The translations under genes and the position numbers were made by a program. Source: the human T2T-CHM13v2.0 reference genome, Homo sapiens. From it: a stretch of 64,000 nucleotides of DNA. Under the pieces are notes generated by a model. The model saw nothing but the letters and a program-made list of their open reading frames with translations, did no database searches and was not told where the DNA came from. Below are positions 15,896 through 28,865 of the stretch, one piece after another; within the stretch, counting starts at the first letter, position 1, and every line of letters begins with the position of its first letter. The stretch lies in the NCBI RefSeq assembly GCF_009914755.1, contig NC_060928.1. One strand, 5' to 3'.

Positions 15896-16019
15896 CTGTG
15901 GATTTGTTTGATGCTCTCCTTCGAATTTCTGTCACCATTAGTCGTGAGACTTGTGTTGTGAACTGCAGAAGATCAGAAAATTTTTCTGTCATTGTATTCG
16001 GCGGAGCATTTCCAAAAAC
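15896..16019 (-). CDS. WDFY3: WDFY3 coding exon, aa 61-101 (VFGNAPPNTMTEKFSDLLQFTTQVSRLMVTEIRRRASNKST)
   Basis: cttatctacag|GTT...ACA G|gtatt; 124 nt; phase 0 in, phase 1 out. Confidence 0.97.
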
Positions 16020-16317
16020 CTGTAGATAAGAAAAGACATTGTTAATGAAGCACTGACAAATTTTTCTTTTTATTTTGTGAATTTTCAAGTGTGGTATGAC
16101 TTGAAAATCAAGTCCAGAAAAGTCTACCTACACAGTTACTTTGAATCTTAATATGTTGAAAATACAACGCTTTCAATAAATCACATGTCTAGCCACATTT
16201 CCTTTTACATATAAATTTGTTGAAGAAATGATTAAATAAATGAAATCTAAGACCCATAGACATTATTGATAAAATTTGAATCAATCTCACGAAAAACATT
16301 AGAAATTATAACGTTTC

Positions 16318-16610
16318 TTTTTTTTTGGGGGGGACAGATTCTCACTCTGTCGCCTAGGCTGGAGTGTAGTGGCACGATTTTGGCTCACTGCAACCTCTGC
16401 CTTAGGTTCAAGCTATTCTCCTGCCTCAGCCTGCCAAGTAGCTGGGACTACAGGTGCATGCCATCATGCCTGGCTAATTTTTGTATTTTTAGTAGAGATG
16501 GGGTTTCACCATGTTGGCCTGGCTAGTCTTGAACTCCTGACCTCTGGTGATCCGCCTGCCTCAGCCTCCCAAAGTGCTGGGATTACAGGCGTGAGCCACC
16601 ACATCCAGCC
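16318..16610 (-). mobile_element. AluSx-like
   Basis: Antisense full dimer. Confidence 0.92.
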
Positions 16611-16902
16611 AACATTTTTCTGAGGAAAGCTAATTTGAGAATTTAGAGAAAAGTTATAAAGGATCTTTGATGGAGTACAGGCACACTGGATGGTGAAAAG
16701 CAGCTCTACTGCTAAATCCCAGGCTGACGTCAGAATTCACTAAACTCATTTCATGTCTCAGAATTTCCTCAGTCTAATCACAATAATTTACAAAACAAGG
16801 CTGTTACCAAAAAAACTAGAAAACAGAAATGGGAGGGTCATGAAACAAACTTGTTTTTACACAAATTTTAAAATAAATGAGCTTTAGAATAAATAATTCT
16901 TA

Positions 16903-16921
16903 TTTTTAATTTTATTTATCT

Positions 16922-16969
<48 letters not shown>

Positions 16970-17085
16970 AGAACTGGTTCTTGCTATATTGCCCAGGCAG
17001 GTCTTGAACTCCTGGGTTCAAGCTATCCTCCTGCCTCTGCCTCCCTAAGTGCTGGGATTACAGGTGTGAGCCACTATATCCTGCC
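16903..17085 (-). pseudogene. BC200 (BCYRN1)-like monomeric Alu-domain retrocopy with A46 tail
   Basis: Carries GGATAGCTTGA, GACCTGCCTGGGCAATATAGC and CCAGTTCTC, which match BC200 rather than FLAM-C. 18-bp TSD at 16885-16902 and 17086-17103 (16/18 identical). Confidence 0.75.
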
Positions 17086-17755
17086 TAAAATAAATAATTT
17101 TTAAAAATAAATGGGTATGAGTTCAGCAAAGAGAATTTGAGAAAATGAAACCTGGACAGACCATCATAAGAAAAGAAATGGTATTTTAATGGGTATATAA
17201 CTAGATATATCCTGAGGTATTATTTTAAAGAATATTCTTTATAGCTGAAAGGAAATTCTCTATATTCTAAGGCTATTATAGTATCTCTCCCTTTTAACAG
17301 TCATTACACAGTAATTTATATTATTATTACCTATTGAAATGTCACTACAAAAGGAGAAAACATAATTTACTCAACTTCATATTCTCCCAAGCCAACACTC
17401 TGCCTTTTATAGTAATGCTCCCTAAATATGGTTGTTTATTTATATGCTGACTGCCCTCACAATCAAATTCTAGAGAACATTCAGGGAGCACTGAAGGAGA
17501 ACATGAGAACATAAACTAAAATCAAGAAGGAAAACAAAACAAACAAGCAAATAAAAGACCCAGCTAGGGAGATGGACTGGAAAAGAAAACTAAATAAAAA
17601 TCTAAGACTGGAAAGACCTCTATATTTTCCATGTATTGGTTACAAATTTTGGCTCAAAGATACAGAAGAGAAAACCTGATCAATCACATCATTCACAATG
17701 CCTTTAGCATGAAAAAATATATATATTTAAGGAAGTAGTTCTATTCCTCATATTA

Positions 17756-18405
17756 TACTAGTCCCCCCTTATCTGTGAGAGGTAAGTTCTAAGACCCCAC
17801 TGGATGCCTGAAACCACGGATAGTACCAAAGCCCGTAAACACTGTATTTTTTACTATAATACATACCTGTGATAAAGTTTAAGTAATAAATTAGGCACAG
17901 TAAGAGACTGGCAACAATAATAATAAAGTAAAAAAATTGTAATAATATACTATTCACAATTTCACAAATACAAGATTCCTTCTTATTATAGATCTCAAAA
18001 ACCTCAGCACACAGTTTTTGGTCTTTCCTTATTAAGTCAAGAACTTTTACCTTTTCACTTAAAGGAAGGACTTCTCTCTGGCATACACAAGTGGCCAACC
18101 CCATAACTTTTGCACTTTGGGGCCATTATTAAGGAAAATAGAGTTTCTTGAAAACAAGCAGCTTGATACCAGGACAATAGGTCTCATAACTGAGGCTGCT
18201 ACTAAGTGACTATTGGGCAGGTGGCCCATAAATCATGGATACACTGGACAAAGGAATAATTCACATCCCGGGAGGGATGGAGCTGAATGGTGTCAGATTT
18301 CAAACTTATGAATTGTTTGTTTCTGTAATTTTCCACTTAATATTTTCAGACCACAGATGACCAAAACCATGAAAAGCAAAACCATGAATAAGGAGGGATT
18401 ACTGC
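17756..18405. mobile_element. MER44 (Tigger7-derived) DNA transposon
   Basis: Termini tagtcccccttatc ... gaataaggagggattactg. The minus-strand remnant VLPLSEKVKVLDLIRK resembles the Tigger transposase N-terminal HTH. Confidence 0.85.
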
Positions 18406-18762
18406 ATAATATAAACAATTCCTTCCAAAGATCCCAATAAAAGAATATAACAAACAATGTAATATCCTTCTAATAGAAAATGTGTTTCTTACATGTTTCT
18501 TATAACCTCCCTCAAATTAAGTTGAAAATGCTAAAACAATAAATAAATTCTACAAGGGTATCGTTTTTTCCAGACACCTAGTCTGTTCAATAGTTTGACA
18601 AATGAATAATTTGTAATAATCTCAAAATCTCAAAAAATAAACTGTACTTTTCAATACTTCCTCAACACATTTTTTTCCTGAGATTTTGATAAATGTTGTG
18701 TGCTTAGAATTAACCTATACTACTTGTTAAATAATCTATGTTACCTGTTAAATAAACCTCCC

Positions 18763-19058
18763 CTTTTTTTTTTTTGAGATAGGGTCTTACTCTGTCATTC
18801 AGGCTGGAGTGCAGTGGCGCAATCATGGTTCACTGCTATCTCAACCTCCTGAGCTCAGGTGATTCTCCCACCTCAGCCTCCTGAGTAGCTATGACTACAG
18901 GTGCCTGCCACCACACTCAGCTGATTTTTGTATTTTTTGTAGAGATAGGAATTTCGCCATGTTGTACAGGCTGGTCTTGAACTCCTGGGCTCAACTGATC
19001 TGCCCATGATGGCCTCCCAGAGTGCTGGGAATACAGGCATGAGCCACTGTGCCCGGCC
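18763..19058 (-). mobile_element. AluJ
   Basis: Antisense dimer; aaacctc flanks. Confidence 0.9.
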
Positions 19059-19166
19059 AGAAACCTCTATTCTTTAACAAACTGAAGACTGATAAAAATT
19101 GAGAAACCTAATAATGACACATCTTTGAATAGCCATTCCACCTGTGCTCAGAGATGAGTACATAGC

Positions 19167-19473
19167 CTTTTGTTATTGCTGTTGAGACAGAGTTTTTGCT
19201 CTTGTTGCCCAGGCTGGAGTGGTGCAATGGCACAATCTCGGCTCACTGCAACCTCTGCCTCCTGGTTTCAAGTGATTCTCCTGCCTCAGCTTCCTGAGTA
19301 GCTGGGATTACAGGCACCCACCACCACACCCGGCTAATTTTTTTTGTATTTTTAGTAGAGATGGGGTTTCACCATGTTGGCCAGGCTGGTCTCGAACTCC
19401 TGGCCTCAGGTGATCTGCTCATCTCGGCCTCCCAAAGTGCTGGGATTACAGGCGTGAGCCAACTCTCCTGGCT
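19167..19473 (-). mobile_element. AluS (Sq/Sx-like)
   Basis: Antisense dimer; TSD gagtacatag / gagtacatgg. Confidence 0.92.
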
Positions 19474-19861
19474 GAGTACATGGTTTTTTAATGGAGGTGT
19501 TTATAATATTCCTATTACTCAGGGTGTATCAATGTATATTTTGCTCCTAAGAATTAGTATGAGGTATTTTATTGCTAATAGTTATTAGGACAACTAAACA
19601 GAACCAATAGCTCATTTCTTGAACAGTTGTTAAGGATATAATTATTCAACCAGTCTTCATGCTGGGTAAATAATATGCTGTTGAAAATGCCAGTAACTTT
19701 TTACACAAATCCTGATGTTTACTGCTTTATTTCCTCTAAGAAATGTTCTGACAAGATAAATAAAACTGGCTTGAATTTACCAACCCAAAATCAGTACTAC
19801 AGAAAAAGACTATGTCATATTTGCTAATCTGAAATGAACAAGCATTGCTTCTTAAATAAGG

Positions 19862-20390
19862 TTTATTCACTCACAAATATTTATCGACTTCCTAGTATAT
19901 GTGCCAGGCAATGTTCGAAGGGTCCTGAATACAAAGGTAAATAAAACAAATATGATTCCTGTGCTCATGAAACACAGGACATTTTAGCACAGAAGACCAG
20001 TGGTAAATAAGTTGATTTTAAAATTAAAATTATTTAAAGATAGTATTATGAAGAAAGTAAAATAGGGTAGCTGAAAGAGAATGCCTGGGGTGGGAAGAAG
20101 GTTGTCAGGAAAGGTCTTTCTGAAGAAGCGACACTGGTGCCAAAGGATGACACTGACTAATGAGGAAAAGTTACAATCCAAAGAGACAAGGAAAGAGGGT
20201 TGCAGGCAGTGAGATCAGAGCTGTGCAAAGACCTCAAAGTGAGATTGATTCTGGGGTGTACAGGAATGAAAATGAGGCTGATAAAGCTGGGGCATTTTGT
20301 ATAAGAGGAAAAATGGTACAAGATAAGGTTGGAGGGATAGAGGAACTAAAGCATGAATCTGACATTGTAGGTAATACTGAATGGATAAGG
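19862..20390 (-). mobile_element. L2 3' fragment
   Basis: ttattcactcacaaatatttatcgac...tatgtgccaggc is the reverse complement of the L2 3' end. Confidence 0.7.
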
Positions 20391-20611
20391 TAGCAAAGAA
20401 AATAGTGTAGTTTTGGTGATTGACTTCAACAACTGAATCTAAAAATATTATGTATGTGTTCACTACTTTCAACAAGTAGTGGTATTTCTTGAAACTATAC
20501 AATGCTTCCATCATTTACATAAATGTTTGCCAAAGAGGATGCAGCATGAAGCTGGGTGTCAGAAGGTGTAGATTCTACTTCTCACTCTCAGGGAGTACTG
20601 ACTACTTGTCA

Positions 20612-21021
<410 letters not shown>

Positions 21022-24000
21022 TCATAACAGATTAAAAAAAAGGTAATGAAGAACAAAAATGACTTCTTGCAAATTCACTGGAAATAACAATTACCATATA
21101 ATACCCATTTAAAATCTGCGTAGCACTATTCAAGAACTTGGTGTCATTTAAGTCTCATAAAATCCTACAGAATAGGTTCTACTAGTAGCCTCATTTTACA
21201 GTTAAGAAAATTAAGAGTTAGACAACTTAACTTAAAACAGGAGGCAATACAGACAGAATTTAAAACTACATCTATCTGATTCCAAGCCAGGCTCTTCATC
21301 ACTCAGTACTATATTTTTCTCAAACTGTGCATGAACCCTATCACTAAACTGTGCATAGTGTTCATCTTTAGAGAAAAATAGCATGGTTTGACTTATTTTT
21401 AAAATAATCATTTTTAATATCCACCTAAATAGATTTCAGAAGATTTCCTGGCACCTCTTCAACCAAATATTTTTGGCACTCAGGGAAAGCAAATTAATGG
21501 TGTTATCTAATGGCATTCATAAAGGCTCAATATAAACTTGTTACTGAATAGTGCTATTCAATAAAAATATATTAAATATGACTAATAAAAGAGAGGTTGG
21601 AATGTTTACAAAGTTTTTAAAAATGGAGGCTTTTGTTTCCTAAATATGTGTTATATCTAAAATTAAGTCAGACTATGGACCATCATTAGTCCTAAAATAA
21701 TTTGCTATAAATAACAATGTTAAAAAATTAACAATGAAGATGTAATTGCATTATTTCGTATGGTAAATCAGTTAAGATTTCTTATCAATTAATATAAATG
21801 ATTAGGGAAATATTTATCTTATGCTCTTTTTGTTTCTATGAAGGACCATCAGATGAGAGTCTGAGAAGAACAGAATGCCTAACTCAGTCCCGTCCTCTCC
21901 TTCCGGGCTTTGCCTGCCTCATGAGAATATGCATTCTCATCTGCTCTGGCTGTGGCTTGCCACTGTCCAGTTCTGCCAGTGACTGGGTAAGTAAACATGA
22001 CTATTTCAGGGCTGAATTCAGCAAGTCCTTTGTTGCACAGACCCAAGCCACATTCTCCAGTATCAACTGTATTGGTATTATGTAATAAGTAATAAAGCTG
22101 CCACAAAATAATTCACCTGTCTGCCTTCTGATCTCTCTCTTATTTGGTTCTAAGTTTGGGTGACCTCTCTCTTAAGTCAACAAATTAAAAAGTAATGATA
22201 ATTTGTAAGGGATTAAAAAAGGACACTGTATTACATTTACATGCTTCTCAAATATAAATTGGAAATAAGTTAAAAAATAAGGGGAGTTTCTTACAAAAGA
22301 TCTAATTGGTAAACATTACATTTTAAAATACACAGCAAAATATAACAAATACTACAGTAATTAACAGTGGCAGTTATGAATTTTTAGACAACTAAAATGC
22401 TACTCATTTTGAGTAAGTTTAAACCAAATGTTTTCTTTGTCAGCTTTTGTTCTTGGGACTAAATGTTAATTATTTTTAAGAATGCTGAATAAATATTATT
22501 CAGCTATTTTCAGACTTCACCATAATCTTTCAGTTTGAGCAAATCAGTAAGAGGGAAGATAACAGCAGCCTCCTTGTAGGACTGTAATGAAGACAACAGG
22601 AGGCATTTCAAGAACCCAGCATGAGACCTGGCCCAGAAAAAAGACTTAATACATGTCATTTCCCAACCCATGTCTCTCAAAGGCAAAAATCATGCACTGA
22701 AATAACACTATTAAGCACACTTTAAAAACTAGTCTGTAGCTAGATGTCCATGTCTAACAGCTTGTTCACCATTTAGCTCTAATCAAGCAAAGTCTCAAAA
22801 ATCAACACTGCAATTCCTTTTTAGCAATCATGGTAAGAACTGGTTGGCTCTAGCAACATACTGAGCTATTCACTCACCATAGGTATTTGTCACTAGTGGA
22901 CAATGTTCAAGCACAAACGGCCAAATGTTAAATAGATATGGCTATATATTTCTAAATTTAATGGAAATGGTATCTAAGAACAATTTTAGTTTATTAATTA
23001 TATCCAATTAATAAGAATTATTTTTAAAATAATACATTTTTCAAATTAGTCACAATGGTACAGATATAACTTTCTATCTTTTCATTAGTTAAGAGTTTAC
23101 TGAACCTTTGTGATATCAAATCACTCATTATATTAGAGTTTTAAGGCATTGCATACACATATGTTTCTAATCAACCAATTAAAAACTTTTGAGAGAATTT
23201 GTTAATAGTTAATGAGACTTACAATAACATAGGACATAAGATAACTAAGTCAAACATTTTAAGTAGATAGAGAATAATTACTAAAGCATCTCATATCTAC
23301 TTATTAAAAAAACAAATAGTCATGAGATTCTTCTAGTCTAGTAGACTGTGGAAGCCTAACTGATAAAATACATGGGATACATATATATGTAGGCTATTAC
23401 TTAATAATTCATGTTAATAGCCAAGAACAATTCCCCTAACTGCTCTAAACATTCTCATTACCTTGTAAACATTCCTAAGTCTGACAGAAGGAAATTACCT
23501 CAAACTCCTCAGTAGCCAACAGCACATCATGACGTTAAAGTAAAACAAAAATAAGATTTAAAAACAAAACAAACTTCCAGATAACAAAAATTATTAACTT
23601 CCTGGTAATAAAAATTAGTAACTTCCCTGAATAGGGCTTAAAACAATGGCTTGTCATAGTTCTCTCTCCCATTTTTAAAAGAGCTATTTTAAACCTTTCC
23701 CCACCTCTTCTCACGTTCCTACTCTACCATCTCCTCCCTCTATCATTCTCAGCAGATAATCTATCCTATTATTTCATAAGTAAGGAAATGTACATTCTAT
23801 AAATGCGTTAATGTTTCTATCCTCTTCTGTTGTATCCAACACAAGCTCATGGGTGATATGTGAACTAACCTTCCTGGCACTCTTGCCCTTCTGCCTTACC
23901 AGCCTATACAAACCTCAATCTCAATAAATCAGGTATTGCTTTCTCTACTTTTTCACACAGGCCAGTACTGATAAGGTTTAGTATAAATTTATCATCTCCA

Positions 24001-24744
24001 ACCTTCACTGAGCCATCAATACTAATCAATTCTTTTATTGCCCCCTTTCAACTCTTTCTTTCTCATTCATTCCCTTTCACTAGTATTTCCAACAACAAAA
24101 ATAATAAATTCACGTAACAAAAACAATAATAGATACAATAATAACAATAATAGGTACACATTTCTTGGGACAAACACTTATTAAGTGCTGTAAGTATATT
24201 ATCTGAATTTAACCCTCACGACAACCCAATAAGGTTGACATTATTATTATTTTACAGCCCAGAAATTGAAGGTGACTGTTCCTCCCCAGTGCAGTAGACA
24301 ACTAGAAGTCTAGTTCCTTACGAGGAAGAAGAGAGATACCACCACAAATCAAAGACAAGAACACTGATATGTGAACACTGGAGATTCAGTGATAGTCTAT
24401 CTACTGAACATGAGACATACTAAAAAAATAAATAAATAATAGTAAAACAACAAAGAATTCAAGGAAATTAAAACTGTGATATTAATAGCACAACATTACT
24501 CTAAAAGAACTACTGCTTGATTGACAGAGGTCCAGAAAAGGGGGAACATATAAGATATAGAGGAGAATATTCTCAAAGAAATATTTCAGAATATTTACCG
24601 AGACTGAACAATACAAGTTTTCAGATTAAGAAGGCTTAAGCTGAAGCCACAATAAAATTTCAAAATAATGAGAAGAGGAAGAGCCTAGAAAATTTCACAC
24701 AAAAAGATAGATGAACAGAGAAAATAATATAGACAACAAGTGAG

Positions 24745-25170
24745 ACTACAGGGGACAGAGCCAGTCAGAGATTGGGGCACGGGGTGAGGGGGTGGGTGTG
24801 GAGAAAGGCATCGTCAGGGGCATGGAGATAGATCTGGAAAAAGGGGAGAAGAAAAAGAGACAGGGGAGAGTCAGAGACAGGGAAAGAAATAGGGACAGAG
24901 AGGAGACAAAGAGAGAAATGGGAGGACAGAAAGACAGTGATGGAGAAGAGAAAGAGAGATGAAAGGCATAGAGAGAGACAGACAGATAGGAAGAAAGAAA
25001 TGGAAACAGGGGAAGGCAGGCAGACACAGGATAAAAAAGACAGACAGGGCAAGGCAGAGAAGATGTGGGAGGGACAGAGAAAGGAGGAGGAAAAAGAGCG
25101 AGAGAAGGGAAACCAAGAAACAAAGACATGCAGAGAAAGAAATTGAGACAGGAAGTCTGAGGAGAACAAG
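24745..25170. repeat. GA-rich low-complexity tract with a G-quadruplex motif at its left end
   Basis: Strongly purine-skewed plus strand (gagaca/gaga/ggaa units); GGGGcacGGGGtgaGGGGGtGGG at 24774-24796. Confidence 0.85.
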
Positions 25171-25539
25171 TTCTATAATAATGGAAAAATAAAGGTAGTA
25201 TAGTATAAGGTTCATCTTTGAATAAATTTAAATTTATATCACTGTCAGTAGAGAGCAAACACTGAATACTGCTTACACAAGTAGCCTAACTATAGGGAAA
25301 GGATGAGGAGGGCAGCATGTATGAATGAGTGTATGTATGTATGTATGTATGTACATTATGGTTTGGAGGGAGAGGAAGTAAAGAAGCTAATTCTTATATT
25401 CCTCAGTAGGAAGTCAATTAAAACTACACAACAGCAGTAAAAGTATGTTATTTAAAAGTCTTTCATGGCGGCAGCAATTAGTGGTGAAGAGCAGGAGGGA
25501 ACCTATAAGCCTGTGAAACTATCTGACTTTTTAAAATGA

Positions 25540-25874
<335 letters not shown>

Positions 25875-26411
25875 TAAAAAAATTGTTATTTTAAAAATAC
25901 CCAACAAGATTGCTACATGTAATTTACAAAACATATGAAAACATTAACTCTATTTGAATTATCTATAGCCTATAACTATCCTCTTACAGCATCTCTTAAA
26001 CAACAGCAAATTGTAATGACTTTTTAAAGTATACAAAGGGCTTGGGCAGTTGCACCATTTGGTGTAATAAAATCATCACTTTAACAGATAACAGAAATAA
26101 CACAATTGATAATTTACAATCTATTCCTCTTCCAAATCTCAACCATAACAGGGCCATTTTAGACAATGGCTCACAGCTTGCACTTTATCTGTTAAAAATC
26201 AAAAAGTCTCACTAAATGTAGTTTATTCTGACCAGGTTTCACATCAAGTCACACTGCTTTATAGCAAATTGAAAACATGAAACGAGAACACCAAACTTCT
26301 TAAAACTAACTCAGCCTATCATTTTTTTCTACCTATGGCTTACCAGTAACCTTCAGATTCTTGTAGTGCCCCCCAGTCCCGGAAGGTGTGTGTCTGGCAA
26401 CCTGGACTTAC

Positions 26412-26591
26412 CCTGTTAAACACTGGCAGCATCATATACAGTTTCTCTTCTTGTTCCTTCTGAGTCATGTGCCGGGGAGGATGGCACAACTCCGTGAAGA
26501 GCCGGCGGAGGTGCATCAGTCCTAAGGCGTTGTCTTGTGGGCTGCACTCCTCCTGCCTCGGCCGCCCCATGATCCTCTTCACCATGTTCAT
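26412..26591 (-). CDS. WDFY3: WDFY3/ALFY first coding exon, aa 1-60 (MNMVKRIMGRPRQEECSPQDNALGLMHLRRLFTELCHPPRHMTQKEQEEKLYMMLPVFNR)
   Basis: Recognised WDFY3 N-terminus; 180 nt ending AGG|gtaagt (phase 0). Confidence 0.97.
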
Positions 26592-26622
26592 CTTGGCTGG
26601 TTGGTGAGACGCACTTCTAATT
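26592..26622 (-). other. WDFY3: 31-nt 5'UTR portion of the WDFY3 start-codon exon
   Basis: Acceptor ttttcctacag|AATTAGAAGTGCGTCTCACCAACCAGCCAAG, followed by ATG at 26591. Confidence 0.9.
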
Positions 26623-26926
26623 CTGTAGGAAAATGTCAATACATGAACAGTCAAAACATCATCATCTTGACTAGGTCAAGCATGCATGTAAGAGCTTATA
26701 AGAAATTTGCAAAATAGAAAATTCTGTCTAAAATATATCTTTCTACTTCTTTAAACAGAAAAGACAGAGAAGCAAAATTTGATAAATCCCCCTGAAGGGC
26801 AAATTATGAATCTCAGCATTGGAAGTTCTTACTCACTTTGCCACAATTTGTATAAAATGTAAAACATTAATCAGACAAGTAATAAATGTTTCCAATTAGT
26901 TTAGTCATATCAAGTTCAAAAATAAA

Positions 26927-27230
26927 GGCGCCGGGAATAGTGGTGCACACCTGCAATCCCAGCACTTTTGGAGGCCGAGGCCGGTGAATGGCTCGAGCTC
27001 AGGAGCTCGAGACCAGCCTGGGCAATATGACAAAACCCTGTCTCTACTAAAAATACAAAAATTAGTCAGGTATGGTAGTGTGCGCGTATAGTCCCAAGTA
27101 CTCAGGAGGCTGAGGTGGGAAGATAACTTGAGCCTGAGAGGTTAAGGCTGCAGTGAGCCAAGATCACGCCACTGCATTTCAGCTTGGGTGACAGAGACTC
27201 TGTCTTTAAATAAATAAATAAAATAAAAAC
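26927..27230 (+). mobile_element. AluJ (Jb-like)
   Basis: Full dimer with (TAAA)n tail. Confidence 0.9.
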
Positions 27231-28706
27231 ATAAAGAGAAAGAGATCACAAAACTATTAATGGATTTCTTAATGGTTAATGTAAAAATAATGAAAAAACA
27301 AACTTTACCCAAATCTCAAAACATCTAAGACAGTCAAAAACCCCAAAACCTCACAAAATTTTCTATTTTTAGTTATTTAATTTATAATTACTTAATTTTT
27401 TTGCTAGAAAATTCAAGTATACTTTGAGTACATGAAGAATAGTGTATCTTATAGATTAAAATATGCAAATTGAATATAATACTATCCTACTTTATCCTAT
27501 AAATCATAAAAGGACAGTGAAAATGATCATGTGACTGAAAACTACTTTCTAAAACTATAGTTTGGTAAGTCATGTTAAATCATTTAGTGGATAATGATGA
27601 GCATTTTTCAAAGAAGTGAAATAGAATAGAAAAAAATAGAAGATAAGAAAAGAATAACTTGTTTCATGAAGCTTATTTCAGATAAAGGTGTATTACTGTG
27701 TACTGAATCATAATGCAAAATGTATCCCTTGCTGGAGCTGCAGTTAAAAAAATACACAAACTAACCATTGAGTTAAAGTATACACAGAATCAGTAACAGT
27801 AAGCTTTCAGAAAGCATCATTACCCCTTTTTAACCACTACTAATGATGCCAGCAATTGGCTAAGTGTAGACACAAAAACAGGATATCTTACAAAAGGAAC
27901 CAGGAAGGCTGGGAGGACATTCTGGGTATGCAGAATTTGGATGAAGGGCCATTTACTTTTTAATCCATAGAAAAGCAGGCAACACCTGAGATTAATTTTT
28001 AATTTTGCTACAGAACCACATATGCCAGTATGCCATTTCTTAAGAAATGAAGGACTACAGCAAGGTTAGAGTTTTATTTACTAAATATCTGCCTACTGAT
28101 TTTTAAAACTAAGAACAAGAATTTCAAACACACTTGCCCTTGAGAATTTTGAGTGAATTCCATACTTGACTACGGGCATATGCTGAGGCACTGTAGCTAA
28201 CAGGAGGACACGATGTAACTCATCACAGGTGAAGAGGAGTCAGACAAATTCTGCCTAGAACTCTGCCAATGGCTTGTTTGCACTGAATAACTACTGTGCA
28301 GAGAGCACTGAGCACACTCTCAAGTGCCCAACTGCTGGAAACAGTGCTAACACATAGGCAAAGGGCTGGGGGGAGCATTTAATCTGCAAAATAACAGAAG
28401 TTAGTCCAGTTCAAAGATGTCCAATGTATCTTATTCTTGAAAAATATGTTTTCCAAATATAAATATTTCAACAAATATGTTCCAATAACCTACTATGTGC
28501 TGGTATTTACAGTCCTGGAAATCCCCAGAACAAAACTTAAATTTGAAGTGAACTATAAAAATTTTATAAATTAGCTAACATTTTAGATTATGTATAGTTC
28601 TGCTCCTTTTCCTTACCCTGTAGCTAGAGTTGATAATCTAGAGATAGTGGATAGGACTTAGGGGATTCATGATACTCCAACACTTCAAAAAAAATTTTTT
28701 TTTTCT

Positions 28707-28865
28707 GCTGGGCGCGGCGGCTGACGCCTGTAATCCCAGCACTTTGGGAGGCCTAGGCGGGTGGATCACGAGGTCAGGGGATCGAGACTATCCTGGCTAA
28801 CACGGTGAAACCCCGTCTCTACTAAAAGTACAAAAAAAAATTAGCCGGGCGTGGTGGCAGGCGCC
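28707..28865 (+). mobile_element. AluY, 3'-truncated (left arm and linker only)
   Basis: CpG-rich AluY diagnostics; ends at ggtggcaggcgcc with no right arm or tail. Confidence 0.9.

Noticed and set aside
17769-18104. Transposase-like ORF
   Set aside because: A short decayed HTH remnant within non-autonomous MER44, with no catalytic domain.
21879-22106. 75-aa minus-strand ORF as an extra WDFY3 exon
   Set aside because: I found no convincing minus-strand acceptor/donor pair and no recognisable protein similarity.
24746-25258. Longest ORFs in the track (170, 134 and 114 aa)
   Set aside because: The CT/GA low-complexity tract lacks stops in several frames at once; a compositional artefact.
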